Positions 19,636 through 32,066 of a DNA stretch of 64,000 nucleotides are shown here, piece by piece (positions within the stretch are counted from its first letter, which is position 1; the number at the start of each line of letters is the position of its first letter). The notes under the pieces are model-generated. The model searched no databases, was not told the DNA's origin, and was given only the letters and a program-made list of their open reading frames with translations. A program made the position numbers and the translations under genes. Origin of the DNA: Alphaproteobacteria bacterium (GTDB lineage Bacteria > Pseudomonadota > Alphaproteobacteria > RF32 > CAG-239); NCBI GenBank assembly GCA_045637985.1, contig JAZUAM010000028.1, positions 11,735 to 75,734 of the forward strand. The letters are read 5' to 3'.

Positions 19636-21459
19636 TTATTCCACCGGTTTATCTGTTGAATCTAATTTTAAGGCTTCCAATAGCATCTTTCCTGCCATCG
19701 GAGCTGCTACCGCAGAACCGGAACCACCATGTTCTACCAAAACTGCAATTCCGTATTTAGGATTATCATGAGGAGCATACCCGACAAACAAAGCATGATT
19801 TCTATATTTCCAAGGTAAATCTTCTTGTTTCAGAACTCCACTCTGACGTTCTTTCATACTAATACGCCTAACCTGTGTCGTACCTGTTTTACCGGCCATT
19901 TTTTTTCCTTCAAAATCAAATTTGGAACCAAATGCCGTACCTCCCGGAACATTTACAACCTCATACATCCCTTTTTTCACAATTTCTAAATGCTGTGATG
20001 ACATATCCATTTTTTTGGGAGCAATTTTGCCACTTTTATCAACTTTCTTAAAAGTAGGTTCTATTTCATATCCGCCATTGGCAATTCTTGAAACCATCGT
20101 TGCCAACTGTATTGGTGTTGTCAAAATATAACCTTGCCCAATACCCGAAATAATACTTTCACCTTGCTGCCAAGGTTCACCAAAACGCTTTCTTTTCCAC
20201 TCAATATCAGGAATAAGCCCGCTTTTTTCATTTTCAATACCGACATTTGTCTTTTTTCCCAGACCAAATCGCCTTGCCATTGCCGCTATTTTTTCAATAC
20301 CAATTTTTTGAGCAATTTCATAGAAAAATATATCACAAGAATGCTGCAACGCTTGCACCATATCTATATAACCGTGTCCAATATCTTTCCAACAATGGAA
20401 TGTATGATTCCCTAGCATCATTTTTCCGGCACAAAAAGACCTTGTCTGCTTACCGGCCATTCCACTCTCCAATGCTGCTAATCCGACAACCATCTTAAAC
20501 GTAGAACCCGGAGAATACAATCCGGCTACAGTCTTATTTAATAAAGGCTTCTTCTCATTAGAATTGAGTTCTTTCCACTCATCAGATGATAAACCGCTGG
20601 CAAACATATTCGGATCAAATGCCGGAGCTGATGCAAAAGCCAAAATTTCTCCCGTATCAACCTTCATCATCACAATTGCCCCGCTTTCATCCCCCAAAAG
20701 CTCATATGCTTTTTGTTGCAAGCGCAAATCCAAACTCAAATCAACTTTATCACCAGCGACACCGTCAATGCGCTCTATCTCTTTCATTACGCGCCCGACG
20801 GCATTAACTTCCAACTTAAGGTTTCCTGACTTTCCTCGCAAATCTTTTTCAAATAATTTTTCGATTCCTGATTTTCCTATTTTAAATCCCGGAACCTCCA
20901 ACAACGGATCATCTTTAACATCATTTTCTCCTACCGAAGCAACATACCCTATGACGTGAGCAAATATATTTCCATAAGGATAAAATCTTGAAAGTCCTTC
21001 ATCAATGATAACTCCCGGCAAATCCGGCGCATTAAGCAAAATTTGTGTAACTTGCTCCCAATTTAAATTATCTTTAATTTTTACAGGAACAAAACTTCTG
21101 TTTCTACGTAAATCTTTTCTGATACGCTTTTCCTCATCTTCAGACAACGACATAATTTTTTTGAATGCATTCAATGTCTTATCAACATCTGTTGTTTGCT
21201 CTGCAACCATCAAAGCCTGAAAATTCTGTCTGTTACCGGCCAACATTGTCATATGGCGATCGTATATAATGCCCCTTGGCGGAACCAACAAACGTGTTGA
21301 GATTCTGTTTTCATCCGCCAACGTCCGATACTTATCCGCCTGATACACTTGAAGATAATAAAGTCTGAAAACTATCATAAACAGTAAAAACAACTGTATA
21401 CCGCCTAAAAATAACGACCTTGATATTAAGATTTTACCTTTATCATTATCTCGATTCAT
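19636..21459 (-). CDS. mrdA: Penicillin-binding protein 2
   Basis: PRGIIYDR, PGSTFK (SxxK), SCD and GKTGT, in mre context. Confidence 0.97.
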   Translation of the reverse strand: MNRDNDKGKILISRSLFLGGIQLFLLFMIVFRLYYLQVYQADKYRTLADENRISTRLLVPPRGIIYDRHMTMLAGNRQNFQALMVAEQTTDVDKTLNAFKKIMSLSEDEEKRIRKDLRRNRSFVPVKIKDNLNWEQVTQILLNAPDLPGVIIDEGLSRFYPYGNIFAHVIGYVASVGENDVKDDPLLEVPGFKIGKSGIEKLFEKDLRGKSGNLKLEVNAVGRVMKEIERIDGVAGDKVDLSLDLRLQQKAYELLGDESGAIVMMKVDTGEILAFASAPAFDPNMFASGLSSDEWKELNSNEKKPLLNKTVAGLYSPGSTFKMVVGLAALESGMAGKQTRSFCAGKMMLGNHTFHCWKDIGHGYIDMVQALQHSCDIFFYEIAQKIGIEKIAAMARRFGLGKKTNVGIENEKSGLIPDIEWKRKRFGEPWQQGESIISGIGQGYILTTPIQLATMVSRIANGGYEIEPTFKKVDKSGKIAPKKMDMSSQHLEIVKKGMYEVVNVPGGTAFGSKFDFEGKKMAGKTGTTQVRRISMKERQSGVLKQEDLPWKYRNHALFVGYAPHDNPKYGIAVLVEHGGSGSAVAAPMAGKMLLEALKLDSTDKPVE

Positions 21460-21977
21460 AGACCGTCATCCTGAATAAATTTATTTTGCACAAAAGCTAA
21501 CACAATAGACATCAAAGGATACAACGCAACACCGATAAAATAACTGAACATTAACATTGATATCGGCAAAAATTGGCTATAATAAACAGATACAACCATC
21601 CATTTAATCAATAATGTACTCAACGCCAAAGCCATAAAACCATACCAAATTACCACGAACGACTTAGCATTAAAAAACTTTTGTGTATTATACACCAACA
21701 CATACATAACCAAATACGCCAACAACCCTGCTCCAGGCAATGCAGAGCTTATCGCCCCGTTTATCACCCCCAAGAATACAATTTCAGTAACTCCGAACAA
21801 ATCCGGCCTATGTAACATCCAAAAATAAATACAAGCCAAACCTAAATCCGGCCTTATATTATTAAATATTGAAACATTTATTGGGATATAACTCAATAAC
21901 ATAAACAAAACAGACGTCACAAAAGGTAATAACCTTTGAAAAAGCGTAACAACTTTTTCATCAAAATCATCACTCAT
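21456..21977 (-). CDS. mreD: Rod shape-determining protein MreD
   Basis: Polytopic protein with IYFWMLHRPDL, located between mreC and mrdA. Start set at the ATG overlapping the mreC stop. Confidence 0.85.
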   Translation of the reverse strand: MSDDFDEKVVTLFQRLLPFVTSVLFMLLSYIPINVSIFNNIRPDLGLACIYFWMLHRPDLFGVTEIVFLGVINGAISSALPGAGLLAYLVMYVLVYNTQKFFNAKSFVVIWYGFMALALSTLLIKWMVVSVYYSQFLPISMLMFSYFIGVALYPLMSIVLAFVQNKFIQDDGL

Positions 21978-22833
21978 TTTGCACCTCTGCTTCAGCATCA
22001 ATCAGACCGCCGATACCATATTTCACAATTTTAATATATTCCAATTTTTCCAGTGCCGCAAAAGGTTTAACCTTTATCTCATTTTTAGCCACCGCAACAA
22101 CTTGTCCCACGGGCAACCCGGCAGGAAAAACTCCCGATACACCTGAAGTAACAACTCTGTCACCGATAGCGACATTTGCATCCAACGGAACAAAAATTAA
22201 TTTTGGAACAACTGTATTATCACCACTCAATACACCTCTGACTCTGGTTTTCTCAATAATAACCGGAATTTTAGAGTTAATATCGGTAATCAATATAATC
22301 TTTGCATAAGATGAAGCAACTTTATCAACTCGCCCGACTACACCTCTGTCCGACAATACGACATCACCTTTTTCAACATTCTCATCTCCTATATATGCAA
22401 CCATCGAATGAGCAAAAGCATCACTTTCTTCAGCAACAACACGAACAGAAATATATCGAACATCCGGCAGAGAAACATAATTTAACAATTCTGTTAACAA
22501 TTTATTTTCAACTTCCAAAGCCTCATATTTATCTTTTAATAATTTAAGCTGTTTATTTTCAGCCAATAATTTTTCATTATTTTGCCTTATCGTTCCTAAC
22601 TGGCTAAAAAAATCATATCCTTTTGCCAGAAGTTTTGCCGGCACGACCAAAACATCGACCAACACAGCAACTATCGTTGTCGTCGCTCCGGTTGCCTGCC
22701 CGACCACAGGATTATTGTTCTTACTGAAAAGCATCAACACAATTGCCGCCAAAAACAAGATAACCAGCGCAAACTTTTTTGCCAGAACTTTAAGTTGATT
22801 AAGATGCAAAAATAAACTTCTGCGGCGTTTCAT
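21970..22833 (-). CDS. mreC: Rod shape-determining protein MreC
   Basis: TM helix, coiled coil, GVVGRV, LITDINSKIPV and VVTSGVSGVFPAGLPVG. Confidence 0.96.
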   Translation of the reverse strand: MKRRRSLFLHLNQLKVLAKKFALVILFLAAIVLMLFSKNNNPVVGQATGATTTIVAVLVDVLVVPAKLLAKGYDFFSQLGTIRQNNEKLLAENKQLKLLKDKYEALEVENKLLTELLNYVSLPDVRYISVRVVAEESDAFAHSMVAYIGDENVEKGDVVLSDRGVVGRVDKVASSYAKIILITDINSKIPVIIEKTRVRGVLSGDNTVVPKLIFVPLDANVAIGDRVVTSGVSGVFPAGLPVGQVVAVAKNEIKVKPFAALEKLEYIKIVKYGIGGLIDAEAEVQNE

Positions 22834-22855
22834 AAATGCTTCCTCAAAAAAATTT

Positions 22856-22899
22856 TAGCTGAAAAACCCGCCTACACAATCACACAGGTTCTTCAGCTA
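22856..22899 (-). other. Intergenic stem-loop between mreB and mreC
   Basis: TAGCTGAAAAACC...GGTTCTTCAGCTA, a 12/13 inverted repeat with a G-U pair on the transcribed strand. Confidence 0.55.
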
Positions 22900-22913
22900 T
22901 TTTCAAACAAGAT

Positions 22914-25018
<2,105 letters not shown>

Positions 25019-25085
25019 ATCTCTCTCCATAACCAACATAACCAACATATGTACTATGCAAGAAATAATACCACTTTAGACAAAA

Positions 25086-25985
25086 TTAGTCAACAATATA
25101 CTCGGCAATATTTTTCAACCGATTCCTAAACCACGTCAGCTGTCTTTTTGCGTATTGACGAGTATGTAACTTAGCTACTGCGACCGCTTCTTCCAATGAA
25201 CTTTTTCCATCCAAATAATCTGATAATTCCGGCACCCCGATAGCTTTCATAACCGGCATATTTTCACTCAAATCCAGCTCTTTCAACTTTCTGATTTCGT
25301 CCAATGCTCCGTTTTGCATCATTGAATCAAATCTTTTTGAACACCTTTCTTCTACATCACTCAACTTTGGCAATAACGCAACAACCTTAAAATCAGCTTC
25401 CGGCAAACAATTAACAAATGGCTCGTTAAACCATTCATCAATTGATTTTCCGGTATCCAAAAATATCTCCAAGGCACGTCGCACTCTTGTCGTATCATTA
25501 GGATTCACCCTTAAAGCGCCTTTTGCATCCACTTTTTTCAAATAACTGTATCCCCCGGATACTCCACCGCTTTCAAATATTTTGCGAACTTGTTGTTTTA
25601 TCTCGTCTCCCGTTTCCGGTATTGGCGAAACTCCTTTAACTAAGCTTTCGATATAAAAACCGGTACCGCCTACTACAATCGGCAATTTACCTCTTTTCCA
25701 AACACTCCTGATTGCCTCAACAACAAGCCTTAACCATTCCGAAACCGAACCATTTTTATCTGCTTCAAAAACTTCATATAACATATGTTCCGCTTGTTGT
25801 TTATCTTCCAACGTTGGAGCCGCAGAAATTATCGGTATATTTTTGTATACCTGAGATGCATCTGCATTAATAACAACTCCATTATATCTTTTTGCCAAAT
25901 CAATAGCCAAACCGGACTTTCCTGAAGCTGTTGGTCCGGCAATAACAACAACACTATTAGATTTCAGATTATTTAAATCTATCAA
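25086..25985 (-). CDS. miaA: tRNA dimethylallyltransferase
   Basis: GPTASGKS, NADASQVY, VGGTGFY and TRQYAKRQLTWFR. Confidence 0.97.
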   Translation of the reverse strand: MIDLNNLKSNSVVVIAGPTASGKSGLAIDLAKRYNGVVINADASQVYKNIPIISAAPTLEDKQQAEHMLYEVFEADKNGSVSEWLRLVVEAIRSVWKRGKLPIVVGGTGFYIESLVKGVSPIPETGDEIKQQVRKIFESGGVSGGYSYLKKVDAKGALRVNPNDTTRVRRALEIFLDTGKSIDEWFNEPFVNCLPEADFKVVALLPKLSDVEERCSKRFDSMMQNGALDEIRKLKELDLSENMPVMKAIGVPELSDYLDGKSSLEEAVAVAKLHTRQYAKRQLTWFRNRLKNIAEYIVD

Positions 25986-25995
25986 TATTCAATCC

Positions 25996-26910
25996 TTAAG
26001 AATCAAATTTTCTACACCTAGCACCCTCAACCAACTTAGCACATAAATCAGCATAAGATATTCCGGCATACTTTGCCTGTTCCGGCACCAACGATAATGC
26101 TGTCATTCCTGGATTCGTATTAATTTCAAGCAAAACAACACCATCATCTTCATTCCAACGTAAGTCAACTCGTGAAACAGTATTACATCCCAATGCCTGA
26201 TGCAATTTTTCGGCATAAGCCTTACAAATTTCCGAAACTTCATAAGGAATTTCTGCCGGCAACACATGTTCTGTTTTTCCGTTTGTATATTTTGCATTAT
26301 AGTCATAGAACTCATTACCGGCCTTCAGTTCTGTAACAACATACGCCTTATCTTCCAGACACATAACCGTCAACTCATGTCCCGGAACATACTTTTCCAC
26401 CAACACTTCTCTGTCAATATTTTTGTACTTAACTTTCAAAATATCCTCTTGTTCTCTGACAATAAATACACCAACCGAAGAACCGTCAGACACAGGCTTT
26501 ACTACATATGGCATCGGCACTACCGTACCATTCTTAAAAAACTCCCTTGCCGTCATTTTCTGGCTTTGAGCTACTCTGATACCACAAGTTTTAGCAACAT
26601 ATTTTGTCAAATGCTTATCCATTCCTACTGCAGAAGCTCTCATACTGGAATGAGTATACGGAATCTGCAACAAATCAAGCATTCCTTGAATTGTTCCGTC
26701 TTCACCCCAGTTGCCGTAAAGTCCGTTAAAAACCACATCCGGTTTTTCTTTTTTCAACACATCAATAAACTTCCAAGTGTCCGTCAAATCATGTTCAATA
26801 ATATCATATCCTTTACTTTTCAATGCTTTTGATATATCTTTGCACGCAGTCAAACTGACATCTCTTTCAGCAGAAAAACCGCCCATCAAAACCAAAACTT
26901 TTTTAGCCAT
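25996..26910 (-). CDS. ddl: D-alanine--D-alanine ligase (divergent)
   Basis: GGFSAERDVS, GEDGTIQG, KPVSDGSSVGV, FYDYNAKY and EINTNPGMT. LHG is replaced by LYG. Confidence 0.93.
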   Translation of the reverse strand: MAKKVLVLMGGFSAERDVSLTACKDISKALKSKGYDIIEHDLTDTWKFIDVLKKEKPDVVFNGLYGNWGEDGTIQGMLDLLQIPYTHSSMRASAVGMDKHLTKYVAKTCGIRVAQSQKMTAREFFKNGTVVPMPYVVKPVSDGSSVGVFIVREQEDILKVKYKNIDREVLVEKYVPGHELTVMCLEDKAYVVTELKAGNEFYDYNAKYTNGKTEHVLPAEIPYEVSEICKAYAEKLHQALGCNTVSRVDLRWNEDDGVVLLEINTNPGMTALSLVPEQAKYAGISYADLCAKLVEGARCRKFDS

Positions 26911-26981
26911 TTTTTTAATCCTTTAAATTAAATTTTTTTATGTTATGGTATGCCTCAAACGTTAAAGAAAGAATAAGATTA

Positions 26982-27761
26982 ATGAAAAAATTTACAACAT
27001 TTTTTTTAATTACATTTCTGTTTCCCTCTGCTGTACGAGCTTTTTCGGTACAACATGACTTTTTTATTACCATAGGCGCTTTTGATGCCAGCTTAACACA
27101 ATTTACCTACAGCCTAAATCAAACAGATTATCAAATAACATCTGATGTTTCCACTAATGGTTTCTTCGATTCTATTTATCCGTTTCAAGCCAAATACCAT
27201 ACCTCCGGCAAAATAAACAAATCAAAAATGAAAACTTCATCTTATGGTTATGAATCAAAATCGCGCTTTAACACCCGAAGCAAACAAGTCTTTTTTAATA
27301 ACAACGGCGAACCGCTATATCAAATATCATCTAAAAACAACAAACCGAAAAAAATAGAATTTAAACAGAGTCCTACGCCTGCAGATACTTTTGATTTGCA
27401 AACGATTTTTGCCAAAATTGCCCTCCAGTACAACACTGTCGGATTCTGCGATTCTCGTCTGGCTGTATATGATGGCAAACGCCGATTCGATGTAATATTC
27501 AAAGACATCGGAAGTGAAGAATTATCTCCAAACAGCCACTCTTTTTATACCGGAAAAGCGAATAAATGTACAATGCATATTGATAAACTTTTATCAGAAG
27601 ATGATGATACTTTGTGGGAATTTTCCGCCAATAAACCTATTTATTTTTGGATTGCCCGTGATGCAAAAACCAACTATCCGTTTATAGCCCACATCAGAAT
27701 CAAAGATACTCCTCTTGGTGAATTGAACGCCTACACAACAAAAATTTCAATAAAGGAATAA
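26982..27761 (+). CDS. DUF3108-like exported beta protein
   Basis: Signal peptide MKKFTT...VRA, DTFDLQT and the VYDGKRRFDV motif. Confidence 0.72.
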   Translation: MKKFTTFFLITFLFPSAVRAFSVQHDFFITIGAFDASLTQFTYSLNQTDYQITSDVSTNGFFDSIYPFQAKYHTSGKINKSKMKTSSYGYESKSRFNTRSKQVFFNNNGEPLYQISSKNNKPKKIEFKQSPTPADTFDLQTIFAKIALQYNTVGFCDSRLAVYDGKRRFDVIFKDIGSEELSPNSHSFYTGKANKCTMHIDKLLSEDDDTLWEFSANKPIYFWIARDAKTNYPFIAHIRIKDTPLGELNAYTTKISIKE

Positions 27762-27764
27762 TCA

Positions 27765-29165
27765 ATGTTAGATAAAGCCGAACTCTTACTGCCCGCCGGA
27801 TCTCTTGTAAAACTTAAAACAGCAATCTTATATGGAGCCGATGCCGTATACGCCGGGACACCGGATATGTGCCTACGCGCTCAATCCAAATTTTCGTTAG
27901 AAGATCTGCAAGAAGGAATTGATTTTGTTCATTCTCACGGCAAAAAAATATATCTGACTCTAAATCTTTTTATGCACAATAGAGACATTGAAAAACTTCC
28001 GACTTTTGTTGAAACCTTGCGGCAACTCAAACCTGATGGTGTATTAATTGCCGACCCGGGAGTTTTTCAATATGTCAAAGAAAACGCACCTGAATTAAAT
28101 TTATTTGTATCAACTCAAGCCAATATTTGCTCTTGGCAGGCTGTCAAATTTTGGCAATCCCAGGGTGCTAAACTTTGTGTTTTAGGGCGCGAAGTTACTT
28201 TCACTGAAGCAAAAGAAATAAGAGAAAAATGTCCTGATATCCTACTTGAAACATTTATGCACGGAGCAATGTGTATGTCCTATTCCGGACGTTGTCTAAT
28301 CTCAAATTATCTGGCCGATCGCTCTGCCAATCAGGGAAAATGCGCTCACTGTTGCCGTTGGCATTACAAATTACATTTGCGACTAAAAGATGGTTCAATC
28401 AAAGAAATTGTTATTGATGAAAACAACAAAGATTCTTTTGAATTTTTACTTGAAGAAGAATTTCGCCCCGGCGAATATTTTGAAATTGTTGAAGACGAAA
28501 ACGGCGGTTATATCCTAAATTCAAAAGATATGTGCCTAATGCCCCGTTTGCCTGATTTATTGTCAGCAGGTATAGATTCGCTCAAAGTTGAAGGCCGCAA
28601 TAAAACTGAGTATTACGCAGGTATCGTTGCCAGAACATATCGCCAAGCAATTGATGATTGGTACCAATCTCCTGATAATTGGGATTACAATCAATATATG
28701 GATGAATTACATACATTGCAAAACAGAGGATACTGTCTGGGTTTTCATGACGGCAAATTAACCAATATAAGCCAAAATTATGAATACACTCGCACTCTTG
28801 GAGACTGGTTGTTCGCCGGTTCAATAATTGAATGGCAAGACGACGATGCTATCTTCGAAATTCGTAATTTCATTAATCAAAATGAAGAATTTGAATTTTT
28901 GATACCTGGAAGCCTTAAAAATATAAAATTAAAACTAACTGAATTCGAAGATGCCTCAACCGGAGAAAAATCGACCAAAGTATCTGCCGGTCAAGGTAAA
29001 GCCATCCGCATAAAACCAAATTGTTGGAATTTACCTATAAATGAAGTAAAAAAACTTTTACCGCAATACACTATTGCGCGTAAGTTTGCTCCTCTTACCG
29101 GCACAAACAAAACTATGCTTGATAACAAAGAGCATGAATTTTGCAAACTTTGCAATAAAGATTAA
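27765..29165 (+). CDS. U32 family protein (TrhP-like tRNA hydroxylation)
   Basis: ELLLPAGS, GADAVY, STQAN, HGAMCMSYSGRC...NQGKCAHCCRW and SLKVEGR. Confidence 0.9.
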   Translation: MLDKAELLLPAGSLVKLKTAILYGADAVYAGTPDMCLRAQSKFSLEDLQEGIDFVHSHGKKIYLTLNLFMHNRDIEKLPTFVETLRQLKPDGVLIADPGVFQYVKENAPELNLFVSTQANICSWQAVKFWQSQGAKLCVLGREVTFTEAKEIREKCPDILLETFMHGAMCMSYSGRCLISNYLADRSANQGKCAHCCRWHYKLHLRLKDGSIKEIVIDENNKDSFEFLLEEEFRPGEYFEIVEDENGGYILNSKDMCLMPRLPDLLSAGIDSLKVEGRNKTEYYAGIVARTYRQAIDDWYQSPDNWDYNQYMDELHTLQNRGYCLGFHDGKLTNISQNYEYTRTLGDWLFAGSIIEWQDDDAIFEIRNFINQNEEFEFLIPGSLKNIKLKLTEFEDASTGEKSTKVSAGQGKAIRIKPNCWNLPINEVKKLLPQYTIARKFAPLTGTNKTMLDNKEHEFCKLCNKD

Positions 29166-29641
29166 TGTTTTAGTTTTGACGAATTTAGCAAATAACTTGC
29201 TACATTTTGCAATCGTTCCATTCGTGATGCATTTTCTTCATCACCTGTTTTGTTATACGCTTCATATAACAACGCAGTAATTCTTACAATAAGTTTGGCT
29301 TTATCATTAATCGGCATTTTTGATTTTTCTACCGCATCTAACATATCATTACCCAATTTAATTTTACCATACGGCGAATAAACCAAATTTTGTGCTTTTT
29401 GCCAAATATCCAGAGCCTTTTCATATTGACCTTCATCAATATTTGCCTTAGCTAATTTATTATAAGCCCAAAACAACAACGTTTTTCTTTTTACGGAATC
29501 ATCATTAAAGCAAGTATCATTTTTTTCACAAAAAGAAACAACTTCATCAAAAGCTTCAACTTTTAATTCCGGTTCCAAATTTGATGCTTGTATTGCTAAT
29601 TTATATGCTTCAACAATATTTTTAGGGGAATTTTCCAACAT
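29162..29641 (-). CDS. Hypothetical TPR-like helical protein
   Basis: WAYNKLAKANIDEGQYEKALDIWQKA resembles a TPR. GAGGGG RBS upstream. Confidence 0.55.
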   Translation of the reverse strand: MLENSPKNIVEAYKLAIQASNLEPELKVEAFDEVVSFCEKNDTCFNDDSVKRKTLLFWAYNKLAKANIDEGQYEKALDIWQKAQNLVYSPYGKIKLGNDMLDAVEKSKMPINDKAKLIVRITALLYEAYNKTGDEENASRMERLQNVASYLLNSSKLKH

Positions 29642-29657
29642 TATTATTTCCCCTCGT

Positions 29658-29972
29658 CTAATTTATTTGTTTTGTACAACTACACTTATTACAATCCAAA
29701 CCCCCGTCAACCAAACAATAATCCTCTTTGTTTAAATTATTTTCGGCAAACACCTCACAGTCTTCGCATAAACACCCTTTATCTTCCTGAATACAATGGC
29801 TTTTTCCAAAAGCACAAAACATTTTTTCATAATGTTCAATATTTTCAACGCCATCTACCAACTTCATTAAATTAATCGGATAATTTTTAATTTTACACGT
29901 TTTTGTGTAAGACGGACAATCTGAACATAAACATTTTCTTAAATTATCAGACGTTCTTAATACCGGAAACAT
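29658..29972 (-). CDS. DUF2769-like cysteine-rich protein
   Basis: CxCxxCPSY...FCxxGKSxCI..xGCxCxxCxV...YC pattern with 13 Cys in 104 aa. GGAGG RBS. Confidence 0.75.
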   Translation of the reverse strand: MFPVLRTSDNLRKCLCSDCPSYTKTCKIKNYPINLMKLVDGVENIEHYEKMFCAFGKSHCIQEDKGCLCEDCEVFAENNLNKEDYCLVDGGLDCNKCSCTKQIN

Positions 29973-30068
29973 ATTTTAACCTCCTATAAAATCATTACAC
30001 AAACAAAATATTCCCTTCTTATTACCAAAACAATAAATCTTTAGTCTGCATACATAGTCTTTTTTCAC

Positions 30069-30097
30069 TTGCTAATCATTTCCTTTTTATTTAAAAT
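30069..30097 (+). promoter_or_regulatory. Putative sigma70 promoter of metK
   Basis: TTGCTA-N17-TAAAAT. Confidence 0.45.
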
Positions 30098-30136
30098 CAC
30101 CACTGTTTTTTATTTACAAACGCAAAGGACATTACC

Positions 30137-31291
30137 ATGACACATCTATTTACCAGTGAGGCAGTTTCTGAAGGACATCCCGATAAAGTTTGTGATGCCA
30201 TCTCAGATGCCATAGTCGATTTATATTTAAGCTATGACGCTAAATCTCGTACTGCTATCGAAACAATGGCTACAACTAATCAGGTAATTATTGCCGGAGA
30301 AACATCATCCGCAATATCCATTTCTCACGAACAAATCGAAAATACGGTACGCCAAACCATAAAAAAAATTGGTTACGAACAAGACAATTTTTCGTGGGCC
30401 GACGTAAATATACAAAGTTATCTTCACAAACAATCTGCCGATATTGCCTTGGGTGTTGATAAAATGGGAGCCGGAGATCAAGGAATAATGTTTGGCTATG
30501 CCAAAAAAGAAACCGGTGTAGATACCGAATATATGCCTATTGCTATATATCTGGCTAACAAAATATTAAACGAATTATCAAACGATCGTCGCAATGGAGT
30601 TATAAAAGGTATCCTACCTGATGCAAAAAGCCAAATCACCGTAGAATATGATAACAATAATACGCCCATAGGCCTTAAAAAAGTCGTATTATCAACACAA
30701 CATGAAGCATGGATGTCTCAAGAAGAAATTCGAGATATTGCCTGCAAATATATAAAAAAAGTACTCCCTTCAAACTGGTCAATTGACAACACAGATATTC
30801 TTATCAATCCTACCGGACGTTTTGTAATTGGCGGTCCCGATGGAGATACCGGACTAACCGGGCGTAAAATTATTGTCGACACTTATGGTGGTTACGCTCC
30901 ACACGGAGGAGGAGCATTTTCAGGCAAAGACCCGACAAAAGTTGATCGCTCTGCCGCATACATGCTGCGTTATATCGCCAAAAATATTGTTGCGGCAGGA
31001 CTGGCCGATGAATGTACTATGCAAATTTCTTATGCTATTGGAATTGCAAAACCATTATCCTTATACATAAATACTCACAATACCTCCAAAATTGATAATC
31101 AAAAATTGTTGAAAATAATTGAAGAAATGTTTGATCTTACCCCTGCCGGAATAATCAAACATCTAAAATTACAAAATCCCATATATCTTCCTACATCATC
31201 ATATGGACATTTTGGACGTAAACCATCTGATGACGATTTTTTTACATGGGAAAAAACAGACTTTGCTGAGGAACTGAAAAAATGCTTTTAA
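30137..31291 (+). CDS. metK: S-adenosylmethionine synthetase
   Basis: FTSEAVSEGHPDK, GAGDQG, GLTGRKIIVDTYGG and GKDPTKVDRS. Confidence 0.99.
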   Translation: MTHLFTSEAVSEGHPDKVCDAISDAIVDLYLSYDAKSRTAIETMATTNQVIIAGETSSAISISHEQIENTVRQTIKKIGYEQDNFSWADVNIQSYLHKQSADIALGVDKMGAGDQGIMFGYAKKETGVDTEYMPIAIYLANKILNELSNDRRNGVIKGILPDAKSQITVEYDNNNTPIGLKKVVLSTQHEAWMSQEEIRDIACKYIKKVLPSNWSIDNTDILINPTGRFVIGGPDGDTGLTGRKIIVDTYGGYAPHGGGAFSGKDPTKVDRSAAYMLRYIAKNIVAAGLADECTMQISYAIGIAKPLSLYINTHNTSKIDNQKLLKIIEEMFDLTPAGIIKHLKLQNPIYLPTSSYGHFGRKPSDDDFFTWEKTDFAEELKKCF

Positions 31292-32004
31292 CAGATAAAC
31301 CAAAATTTTACGGACGTCGCCAAGGGCGCAAAATCCGCAAAGCAAAATCCGCATTATTAGAAACCTTTTTACCCAAAGTTTCCATAAATCCCCAATCTTT
31401 AATTTCTAAAAACATTTTCGGATGCAATGTATCTGAAATATACTTGGAGATAGGCTTTGGTGATGGCGACCATCTCGCCGGACAATCATTAAAAAATCCG
31501 CATATTGGCTTTATCGGGGCAGAAGTATTCAAAAACGGAGTGGCAAATTTACTATCTCTAATCACAGGAATCAAAGAAAACAGTGATGTACCTGAAGAAA
31601 TTAAAATACTCCCCTCCCGCAGTGATAATATCCGCGTTTGGAGTGATGATGTCAGAATTCTTTTCAAACAAATTCCTGATGAATTTCTAAGCAAAATATT
31701 TTTACTGTTTCCTGATCCTTGGCCCAAAAATCGTCATGCATCACGCCGTTTTATCAACCCTGACAACTTAAAAGAAATTGCTCGCATACTAAAAAAAGGC
31801 GGCATATTGCGTGTTGCCACCGATCATAAAGTATACAAAAGTTGGACATTACGTACACTTGCAAACAATACTGACTTTCGTTGGACAGCCAAATCAAGCA
31901 ACGATTGGCGCAAACCTCCGACAGATTGGGTTGAAACCAAATATCAACGCAAAGCCATTCGCGAAGGACGTAAACCGGTATTTTTAGATTTTGAACGTCT
32001 TTAA
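31282..32004 (+). CDS. trmB: tRNA (guanine-N7)-methyltransferase
   Basis: LEIGFGDG, FPDPWPK.RH, ATDH and TKYQRKA. Confidence 0.96.
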   Translation: MLLTDKPKFYGRRQGRKIRKAKSALLETFLPKVSINPQSLISKNIFGCNVSEIYLEIGFGDGDHLAGQSLKNPHIGFIGAEVFKNGVANLLSLITGIKENSDVPEEIKILPSRSDNIRVWSDDVRILFKQIPDEFLSKIFLLFPDPWPKNRHASRRFINPDNLKEIARILKKGGILRVATDHKVYKSWTLRTLANNTDFRWTAKSSNDWRKPPTDWVETKYQRKAIREGRKPVFLDFERL

Positions 32005-32066
32005 AATACTAAACTCCTAACTACATTTTAGAAATAACTTTATAACACATGGTTAGGAGATAAAAT

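Noticed and set aside
29973-30136. SAM riboswitch upstream of metK
   Set aside because: The predicted leader is only about 35 nt and AT-rich, with no SAM-II or SAM-SAH consensus.
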